Shown here piece after piece: positions 1 through 7,158 of a DNA stretch of 59,851 bases; positions within the stretch are counted from its first letter, which is position 1, and each line of letters starts with the position of its first letter. The stretch is from Vicinamibacterales bacterium (GTDB lineage: Bacteria; Acidobacteriota; Vicinamibacteria; Vicinamibacterales; UBA2999). The position numbers were made by a program, and so were the translations under genes. The stretch covers positions 1-59,851 of the forward strand of contig DAINCF010000002.1 in the NCBI GenBank assembly GCA_036732565.1, read 5' to 3'. The notes beneath the pieces were generated by a model that saw only the letters and a list, made by a program, of their open reading frames with translations, was not told the DNA's origin and did not search any database.

Positions 1-1
1 G

Positions 2-523
2 TTGGAGATGCCCGAAGGCTTCTCCAGCGTCGAGGTGGTACCCTTCGAGCGCCGGCGCGATCCGTCGTTCATCAACCGCGCGGTGATCGTCTGGTGCGAT
101 GACGTCCTCGTCCGGAGTCGATCCGCGCGCCGGGTTCCCTTGACGCCAGAGGATGTCGAGGTCGTTGCCGATCGCGCAGCGGTCCTGCGTCGCTATCGGG
201 ATGCTGGTTGGCGCATCCTCGGGCTGTCATGGCAGCCCGACATCGCCGAGGGGACGCAGTCGCATGCCGGCGCCAAAGCCGTCTTCGCGCGCATGAACGA
301 GCTGCTTGGCCTGGACATGGAGATCGAGTCCTGCCCGCATGCCGCGGGTCCGCCGAGCTGCTGGTGTCGCAAGCCGCTGCCGGGACTCGGCCTCGTGTTG
401 ATCCACCGCCATCGCCTCGACCCGACACGGTGCCTCTACGTCGGCGCCGGCGCGCAGGACCCAGGGTTCGCCAGGCGGCTTGGGTTCCCGTACGCCGAGG
501 CCGACGTCTTTTTCGCGCCGTAG
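2..523 (+). CDS. HAD-IIIA-like phosphatase-fold protein (GmhB / histidinol-phosphatase / PNKP-phosphatase type), possibly 5'-truncated by the window edge
   Basis: ORF 2..523. It carries the 'SCWCRKPLPG' signature and 'LSWQ' (motif II) typical of HAD subfamily IIIA. Motif I reads 'WCDDV' instead of DxDGT. The first codon is TTG at position 2 and an ATG lies at 8, so the true start may be outside the window. Confidence 0.6.
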   Translation: MEMPEGFSSVEVVPFERRRDPSFINRAVIVWCDDVLVRSRSARRVPLTPEDVEVVADRAAVLRRYRDAGWRILGLSWQPDIAEGTQSHAGAKAVFARMNELLGLDMEIESCPHAAGPPSCWCRKPLPGLGLVLIHRHRLDPTRCLYVGAGAQDPGFARRLGFPYAEADVFFAP

Positions 524-852
524 AGGGAGGGCTCGGACGTTCGGTCCGTGGGGTCCGCCTTCAGGGGGACCAGGGCTCACCGGCGAGCCGCGTGGGTGTC
601 GGTCAGCCGCTCGACCGCGGCCTCGAGCGTCGCCACCTCTTGCGCAAGGCCCGTAGTTCATCGGCGATGTTGTCGTTCCCGGTTGTCGCAATCATCAGCG
701 CGTGATGGCCCACCGCTGTGTTGTTGCCGGTTGTGTTCTGTGACCGATCGCTCTCTCGCCCGCCATGCGGTGATCCTCTTTTTGGTACTCCCACCGCACC
801 ACGCGGAGGGAGGCACTCTACTAGAGATCACCGCACGACGAGCGTGAACGGA

Positions 853-3800
853 TTACGGCACGATGGTCACCTGGCTGAAGGTCGCGGTGGCCGCGACGGC
901 GTTGTTGTGCGAAGTCACGGCGAGGCCCGCGTAGGTCGTGCTCGCCATGCTGATGTTCACACTGCCGACCGTGCTCCACGTCGATCCGTTGGTGGACACG
1001 GATGCGGTGAACGTGTTCCCCGATCGCACGACCCTCACCCAGTACGGCGCTGTCACCAATGGGCCGGCGGTATGCAGGCTCGTGCCGCCGGTCGACGTTC
1101 GGCGTTGGAAGGCCGCGCCGTTGCCCGGCGTGATCACCATCATCACGTGTCGCGCATTCGCCGCCAGGCTCTCGCGGATCATGACGCCCGCCTTGGCCCA
1201 TCCATCAGTGTTCTGCAGCGAGTCCACCCGCGCCACGATGGACGCGCTGCCGCTCACCTGCTGATAGCTGAAGCGAAACGCGTCGCTGCCGTTCCAGATG
1301 TCGGCGCCGCTGCCCCTCAGCGTGACGGTCGCCCCGGACACGGTCGAACTGCCGGCAACGCCAACACTGCCGATGTCGCGCGACGAGAGTGCCGGAGGCG
1401 GCGGTGGCGGTGGCGGACCGCCCACGGTTACGACCACCGAATCCACGACCGCCGTCGCCCGCGTGGTGTTGGCGTGAGACGTAATCGGCAGGCCGATGAG
1501 GACGCCGGCCGGCATCGCGATCGTGGAGGACCCGACCAACGTCCAAGTGGTCCCATTCAGCGAGGAGTAGGCTGTGAACGTGCTCCCCGCGCGCACGAGG
1601 CGTACCCACATGGGCGCCGCCCCCGCTGGTCCAGCGGTGTGCGTACTCTCGGCCCCTGTGGTGGCGCGCCACTGGAACGCCACGCCGTTGCCGGGCGTAA
1701 TGACCACCATCGCGTGTGGCGCGTTGTTCGCGGTCGATTGCCGGATCATCACGCCGGCCTTGGCCCAGACGTTCGTGTTGGTGAGGCTCGCGACGCGGGC
1801 CCGGATCTCACCGTCCCCGTTCAGCGTTTGATAGGTGAAGTTGAAGGCGTCGGCTGCACCCCAGATGTCCTGGCCGCTGCCGTTGATCGTGAACGCCGTA
1901 CCGTTCCAGCTCGCGGCGCCAGGCACGGCCGGAGAGCCGATATCCGCATTGACCCAGCCACTGGGCAAGCCACCGCCACCGGTGCCACCGGAGAACGTCG
2001 CGGTGTACGTCGTGTTGGTGGCCGGCGCCGTGACGTTGTGAGCGGCGGTGCCTCCATCCGACCACGATTGGAACGTGTAGGTCGTCGCTCCCGAGGTCTG
2101 CGGCGAGGGCGCCGAGATCGAGTTGCTCGAACCGACGATCACGGTGCGCGAAATCGGCGCCGCCGTGCTCTGAGCGTTGAAGCCGACCGTCAGGCCGGTC
2201 GGCGACGAGGCGACGGTCAGCGTCACCGTCTGCGGCTGCAGGGTGATGCTCTTGATGTCCGACAGGCCACCGCTGTCGACCGCCTGCAGCCGCAGCTCCA
2301 GCGACGACGGATACTCGTGGTCGGGCGCGACGAACGATCCGCTGGCCCCATTCCAGCTCTGGACGACGTGCTGATGGCAGTCGTTGTTCGGGCAGTGATT
2401 GATGACGAGCGTCCATGTCAGCGACGTGCCGGTCAGGGCACCGTCCTGCGGGTCGGTCGCGGAGCCGGAGAAGTTGATCGTGTCGCCGACCTTCCACGTC
2501 AGGTTCGCGCTCGGGCCGGCAATCGTCGCCACTGGAGCGGCGTTGCCAACACGGATCTCGATCGACTCGTCGTCGCTCGCGTTGGCGTCATCGGTGACGC
2601 GGACACGAACCGTGTAAACCCCGTTGGTCGTGAAGGTGTGCGACGTCGTCGCGCCGGTCGCATCGTTGAACTGGCCGTTGCCATCGAGGTCCCACGCGTA
2701 GGTCAGCGGATCGCCGTCGAGATCGCTCGACGTCGCGGCGCTGAATGCGACGGTGAGCGGTGGATTGCCACTGGTTTGATTCGCGGTCAGCCTCGCCACC
2801 GGGGCGTTGTTCGCGCCGAGGTACGCCACCCGACGAATGGCGCCGCCGTCCAGGTCGATGTAGAAGAGATCGCCGTTCGGTCCGATCTCGAGCCCCACCG
2901 GATTCGCGGCGCGCCCGACGAACATGAGCCGATTGGCGGCGTCTGGTCTGCCATCCGCGCCGGTCCGCACCGCCCAGATGCAGTCGCGACTGTAGTCCGC
3001 GAAGAACAACGCGCCGTTGTAGGAGCCGGGGTACGGTCCGCCACGGTAGAACGCGAGCCCGGCGATCGAGGAGCTCACCGCTGCGGTGGTGTTGGGGGGA
3101 CACACGTCTCCCGAGACGACGTCTGCGTTGTGGTTATAGGTGTAGAACGGATTGACGAGGGTGCCGGCCGCGACCGGATCCACGCCGGAGGCGAGCACGC
3201 CGCTGTAGAGGTTCTCGCAGATCGTATTGTTCAGCGCGTCATAGCCAGGCTGTCGCGCGTTGCCCTCGTAGCAGGGCCAGCCGAAGTTGCGCACACCGGC
3301 GGTCGGGGTGATCACGCTGTTGATCTCTTCCCACGTGCTCCAGCCCACGTCGCCAATCCAGATCTCCGAGGTGCCCGGCCGCACGACCATGCGGAACGGA
3401 TTCCGCAGTCCATACGCCACGACCCGCCGAGCGCGCGCATCGGCGCTGTGCGCCACCGGGTTGTCGGCGAGCGCATCACCGGTCTCGGCATCGACTCTGA
3501 GAATCGTGCCCCCGAGCACGGCTGGTTGATTCGGCCGCCGCAGGCTCTGACTGCGCAGAGCGCCTGCTTGAGAGGTCGTCGCCGATGGCGTCGTGCCGAC
3601 CGGAACGGGGGGGTCGCCGCAGACGTTGGTGGGCACGCCGCCGGTGCCGCCGCCTTGTCCGTAGTCCGCGTAGTTGAAGCTCGCGCCATCGCCACCCGAC
3701 ACGTAGAGCGCGCCATCGCCGCCGAACGCGAGCGCGCCGATCGAGTGGCTCGGGAACTGCTGGCACCAATCCTCGATGAGCGCCTGCTCGGGGCCGGCGC

Positions 3801-4338
3801 TGTTGCCGAAGGCCGTCAGGCGCGACAACCGACCGGTGACCGGACATCCACTGCCCGTCGCCCCGGGAGGATTCGGACAGCCGTCGGACGTGGCTCCCGC
3901 CGTGCCCCACTGCGGAATCGGCGGATCGACGATGCCGTCATTGGGATTGGGGTCGACCCACGCCGACTTCGGCAAGCGATCGAGCGCGTACAGAACGTAG
4001 ACGTACGGCACATCGGGGAAGGAGGGGTGAAGCTCCAGTCCCAGCAGCCCGCGATCCCAGAAGTTGTGCACCTGCGTCCGCAGATCGACGAATACATCCG
4101 GCGTCGTGTCCGTCAGGCTGCTGAAGACCTTCACCAGGCCGCTCTTCTCGGCCACGAACACGCGCCCATCCCGGGCGAACTTGACCGCCGTTGGCTGGGT
4201 CAGTCCGCTGAACGCGATCGTTTCCTGGAAGTTCGACGGCAGGACCGGTTGGGCCTGCGCGGCGAGGGCGTGCGTAAGAACGAGACCGAGCGTAATGGCG
4301 ACAAACTGAGGGCATAATGCCCGCTGGCACTGAAACAC
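853..4338 (-). CDS. Secreted PQQ-dependent sugar (glucose/sorbosone) dehydrogenase beta-propeller fused to PKD/Ig-like domains and two tandem lectin (ConA-like) C-terminal repeats
   Basis: Signal peptide '...LTHALAAQAQP'. The N-terminal part ('GLTQPTAVKFARDGRVFVAEKSGLVKVF', 'DRGLLGLELHP') matches the GSDH family. 'PLTVAFSA..DLDGDPLTYAWDLDGNG..YTVRVRVTDD' is a PKD domain. Two ~165-aa repeats ('DIWG/N..F.Y....G...I.ARV.SL.NT..WAKAGVMIR') are joined by an 8-Pro linker. Confidence 0.85.
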   Translation of the reverse strand: MFQCQRALCPQFVAITLGLVLTHALAAQAQPVLPSNFQETIAFSGLTQPTAVKFARDGRVFVAEKSGLVKVFSSLTDTTPDVFVDLRTQVHNFWDRGLLGLELHPSFPDVPYVYVLYALDRLPKSAWVDPNPNDGIVDPPIPQWGTAGATSDGCPNPPGATGSGCPVTGRLSRLTAFGNSAGPEQALIEDWCQQFPSHSIGALAFGGDGALYVSGGDGASFNYADYGQGGGTGGVPTNVCGDPPVPVGTTPSATTSQAGALRSQSLRRPNQPAVLGGTILRVDAETGDALADNPVAHSADARARRVVAYGLRNPFRMVVRPGTSEIWIGDVGWSTWEEINSVITPTAGVRNFGWPCYEGNARQPGYDALNNTICENLYSGVLASGVDPVAAGTLVNPFYTYNHNADVVSGDVCPPNTTAAVSSSIAGLAFYRGGPYPGSYNGALFFADYSRDCIWAVRTGADGRPDAANRLMFVGRAANPVGLEIGPNGDLFYIDLDGGAIRRVAYLGANNAPVARLTANQTSGNPPLTVAFSAATSSDLDGDPLTYAWDLDGNGQFNDATGATTSHTFTTNGVYTVRVRVTDDANASDDESIEIRVGNAAPVATIAGPSANLTWKVGDTINFSGSATDPQDGALTGTSLTWTLVINHCPNNDCHQHVVQSWNGASGSFVAPDHEYPSSLELRLQAVDSGGLSDIKSITLQPQTVTLTVASSPTGLTVGFNAQSTAAPISRTVIVGSSNSISAPSPQTSGATTYTFQSWSDGGTAAHNVTAPATNTTYTATFSGGTGGGGLPSGWVNADIGSPAVPGAASWNGTAFTINGSGQDIWGAADAFNFTYQTLNGDGEIRARVASLTNTNVWAKAGVMIRQSTANNAPHAMVVITPGNGVAFQWRATTGAESTHTAGPAGAAPMWVRLVRAGSTFTAYSSLNGTTWTLVGSSTIAMPAGVLIGLPITSHANTTRATAVVDSVVVTVGGPPPPPPPPALSSRDIGSVGVAGSSTVSGATVTLRGSGADIWNGSDAFRFSYQQVSGSASIVARVDSLQNTDGWAKAGVMIRESLAANARHVMMVITPGNGAAFQRRTSTGGTSLHTAGPLVTAPYWVRVVRSGNTFTASVSTNGSTWSTVGSVNISMASTTYAGLAVTSHNNAVAATATFSQVTIVP

Positions 4339-4570
4339 GGGTGACCTCTTCTCGGGGGTTGAGAAACAGGCCGGTAGCTAACCAGATGACCGGCTCAGCC
4401 GTTGGAGCAAGGGAAATGCCACGCCTGAGCTGCTGAAACTGCTCAGGTTGTTGGGCTCGCTCCACAACCTAGTCGCGGCCCGCCACGCCGAAAGTCTGTC
4501 GAATAGCGCTTCCGCAGCCAGATCGTTGGAGAGGCGGCGATCGATCGCCGAAGGAAGGGCGCCCGCTGGC

Positions 4571-6151
4571 TCACTGCCCTTTGAGGGTTCTCCCGAGCTG
4601 CAGGCCGAAATGCGGCTTGTCGCGGGTGCCGGTCACTTTGATGGCCAACCGAGTGCCGGCGCCGCGCTTGCGCAGCAGCGGATCGAACGGCCTCAGCAGC
4701 AGCGACTTGAAGCCCGTCATCGTCTGCGACGCGTTCGCGCGCAACCGCACCTCGCCCTGGAAATCGAGCGTCTCCTGCTTGAGGTGATACGTCCCCGCCA
4801 TCGCGATGTTCGCGCCGACGGTCGCGAAGGTCAGATTGCGCAGCCGGAGCCGGCCGCGCCCGAGCGTGAACTCCCCTCGCATGTCCGACATCACATCGTC
4901 GATGCTCTCGTCTTCGGGCCGGCCGGAACCACGCCGCGCGAGCTCGTCGATCTTCTCTTGCACGGCGGCACTGGTGAACCGCGAACGCTCGATGTGAAAG
5001 CGGCCGTCGAGCGTCATGCGCTCGATGACGTCGGGCTCGCCAGGTGGGATATCCATGCGCGCGGCGATGGTCAGGCGGCCCACCATCGCCGGCTTTCCGC
5101 CCTTCATCGACAGCCGCAGGACGTCTTCGAGATACGCCGGGTTGCCGTGGATGTCGAGCCGGATGAACCGTCCACGCACGCCCTTGCGGCCCACGATCGC
5201 GCCGCTGGTCACGAACTTCGACTTCGCGAGCGTGGCCTCGACGCGCTCCAGGACGACGTCGCCGTTGGTCCCGTCGACGATCGCCTTGAAGGTGGTCTCC
5301 AGCGGCAGGGCACTACCTTCGAGCGAGGTGATGCGAAAATTCGGTGTCGACGTTCGCCCCGATGTCTGAATGCGCTCCAGCACACCCGAGAACGATCCTT
5401 CCGAGTCCAGCGCGCCGCCGATACCTTTGATGGTGCCGAGATCAGCATCGAAGGTGAACGTGCCATTCACGGGCGTGAGGCCGGGCTCGTCGCCGTGCCA
5501 CGGCCCCAGCGTGCCAACCGCTTCGATCAGGCCGGCGGGCACGGGGTTCGTGAGCGTGGCTTCGAACGGCATCGGCTTGGAGAACTCCAAGTTGACCAAC
5601 CTGATTCGATGCAGCAGGAACTCACGCGGCGGCTTCTCCTCGCGCTTCGGCATGATGGTCAGCTTCGCGTCCTCGCTGAGGACCTCTTCGACGAACGCGT
5701 CGGGGATGCCGATGCCGCGTGCGGAGGGTTCTTCCACGTTCGACGCGCCCCTACCCATGGCATCGCCACGCTGCGGGGGGATCACAATCTCCAGACCAAC
5801 AAGGTGAATGCGATCGATGTGGCTCCGGCGCAAGCGCCAGAGGCTCGTCTCCATGGTCATCGACTGGATGGTGATGAGCGGCGGGATGTCGGTACGGCCA
5901 CGATGACGGAGCGAGACCCCAGTCACGTGCACGGCGAGCTTCGGCAGCACACGCACGTTCATCTCGCGAATGTCGACATCGCTGCCGAAGCGCTCGCTGA
6001 GCAGCCTGATGGTCGCCGGCCGGAGGCGCGCGCGAATGATGTCGTCGACGAAGTAGTTCAGGACGAGACCGCCAAGGACGAGCAGGACGGACAGGACGGC
6101 AATGGTCGTCAGCAACCAGTGTTGTCGAAGCCTCGTTCCGATGTGTGGCAT
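4571..6151 (-). CDS. AsmA-family outer-membrane assembly/lipid-transport-like protein
   Basis: N-terminal membrane anchor 'HWLLTTIAVLSVLLVLGGLVL'. AsmA-like C-terminus ('LDFQGEVRLRANASQTMTGFKSLLLRPFDPLLRKRGAGTRLAIKVTGTRDKPHF'). ATG at 6151 is preceded by GGAGG. The ORF-track start at 6238 is probably too far upstream. Confidence 0.75.
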   Translation of the reverse strand: MPHIGTRLRQHWLLTTIAVLSVLLVLGGLVLNYFVDDIIRARLRPATIRLLSERFGSDVDIREMNVRVLPKLAVHVTGVSLRHRGRTDIPPLITIQSMTMETSLWRLRRSHIDRIHLVGLEIVIPPQRGDAMGRGASNVEEPSARGIGIPDAFVEEVLSEDAKLTIMPKREEKPPREFLLHRIRLVNLEFSKPMPFEATLTNPVPAGLIEAVGTLGPWHGDEPGLTPVNGTFTFDADLGTIKGIGGALDSEGSFSGVLERIQTSGRTSTPNFRITSLEGSALPLETTFKAIVDGTNGDVVLERVEATLAKSKFVTSGAIVGRKGVRGRFIRLDIHGNPAYLEDVLRLSMKGGKPAMVGRLTIAARMDIPPGEPDVIERMTLDGRFHIERSRFTSAAVQEKIDELARRGSGRPEDESIDDVMSDMRGEFTLGRGRLRLRNLTFATVGANIAMAGTYHLKQETLDFQGEVRLRANASQTMTGFKSLLLRPFDPLLRKRGAGTRLAIKVTGTRDKPHFGLQLGRTLKGQ

Positions 6152-6249
6152 CCTCTGCGCCCTCCGGCGAACCGTTTGAACTGGATCGCAAGCATCATGC
6201 CCCAGTATTTCCTTGCCCCGCTCCCCGGGGCGGGACATCTTTACGAAGA

Positions 6250-7020
6250 ATGTCCGAGCGGCAGGCGACGTGGCCAGAAGGGCTCGAACAGTGGCTCGCG
6301 GTCCTGGAATCGCGCCATCTGGCGGACATGCGGTTCAGCGACGTGTCCCGCGCGCTGCGTGCGCTCTCGTCCACTTACGTGGAGCGTCGCGAGCGGCTCG
6401 CCGACAAAGGAGCGCTCGACAGCCCCGGTAAACGCGCGGCGTTCGCCTTGTTCTACGCGCCGCTGCACCTGCTGCTGGTCCGCGCCATCGTCGACGCGCT
6501 CGCCGGCGCGCGCGACGCGCGCCAGATTCTGGATCTTGGCTGCGGCACCGGGGCCGCCGGCACCGGCTGGGCGACGACGTGCGCGGGGACGTCGCGGGTG
6601 GTCGGCCTCGATCGCCATCCGTGGACGCTTGCCGAAGCCACGTTGACCTATCGCGCGTTTGCGCTCGACGGAGAGGCACGGCGTGCGGACATCACCCGCG
6701 CTCGCGTACCGCGGGGCACGGATGCCATCGTCGCCGCCTTCGTCGCCAACGAGCTCGCCGCGGAGCCACGCGGCGCCCTTCTTCGGCAGCTGCTGACGTC
6801 GGCTCGCGCCGGCATGCGCGTGCTGATCGTCGAGCCGCTTGCGACACGCGTTACTCCCTGGTGGCCCGAATGGGTCGGTGCGTTCGAAGCCGCCGGTGGC
6901 CGGGCGGACGAGTGGCACGTGCCCGTCGTACTGCCCGACCTCGTCGCCCGACTCGATCGCGCGGCGGGCCTCAGACACGCTGAGCTCACTGGCCGGAGCC
7001 TCTGGCTCTCGCTCGCCTGA
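6250..7020 (+). CDS. Class I SAM-dependent methyltransferase (Rsm22-like)
   Basis: SAM-binding motif I 'ILDLGCGTGAAG' and acidic motif II 'VVGLDRH'. The internal ATG at 6250 ('MSERQATWPEG') avoids overlap with the divergent asmA-like gene. Confidence 0.8.
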   Translation: MSERQATWPEGLEQWLAVLESRHLADMRFSDVSRALRALSSTYVERRERLADKGALDSPGKRAAFALFYAPLHLLLVRAIVDALAGARDARQILDLGCGTGAAGTGWATTCAGTSRVVGLDRHPWTLAEATLTYRAFALDGEARRADITRARVPRGTDAIVAAFVANELAAEPRGALLRQLLTSARAGMRVLIVEPLATRVTPWWPEWVGAFEAAGGRADEWHVPVVLPDLVARLDRAAGLRHAELTGRSLWLSLA

Positions 7021-7097
7021 GACTCGAGACTCGAGACTCGAGGCCTGAGGCTCGAGACTCAAGGCCTGGGGCTTGAGGCTTGAGGCTTGAGGCTTGA
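7021..7097 (+). repeat. Tandem array of 11 phased heptamers (GACTCGA x3, GGCCTGA, GGCTCGA, GACTCAA, GGCCTGG, GGCTTGA x4)
   Basis: Read directly from the sequence. It begins at the nucleotide after the methyltransferase TGA (7018..7020) and ends 61 nt before the ligD ATG. Confidence 0.9.
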
Positions 7098-7158
7098 GGG
7101 GTTGGGTGCAAGGCGATGTAGGCTCTATTTCGTGTTCAGCGCTGCTACCCTCCGACCG

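Noticed and set aside
560-800. Possible small coiled-coil gene or remnant on the minus strand between the HAD-like gene and the dehydrogenase ('...AQEVATLEAAVERLTDTHAARR*')
   Set aside because: The appealing peptide is preceded by an in-frame stop and has no start codon. The listed ORF (603..794) switches to an implausible Arg-rich frame. It may be debris of a frameshifted gene but cannot be supported.
718-4317. 1199-aa ORF on the plus strand covering the whole dehydrogenase locus
   Set aside because: It is antisense to a gene with clear domain content. The translation is Arg/Gly/Ala/His-rich with no motifs. Long stop-free antisense frames are expected in GC-rich DNA with high GC3.
4448-6646. 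732-aa plus-strand ORF antisense to the AsmA-like gene; similar long shadow ORFs at 13081..14685 (-), 34409..36688 (+), 40923..42584 (-) and 44374..45396 (-)
   Set aside because: Each is mirrored by a recognisable protein on the other strand or in another frame, and each has low-complexity Arg/Ala/Gly/Pro composition. They are treated as GC-driven artefacts.
7021-7097. CRISPR array as an explanation for the repeats here and at 12725, 34375 and 9263
   Set aside because: The units are 7-9 nt and directly abutting, with no spacers. No cas genes are present.
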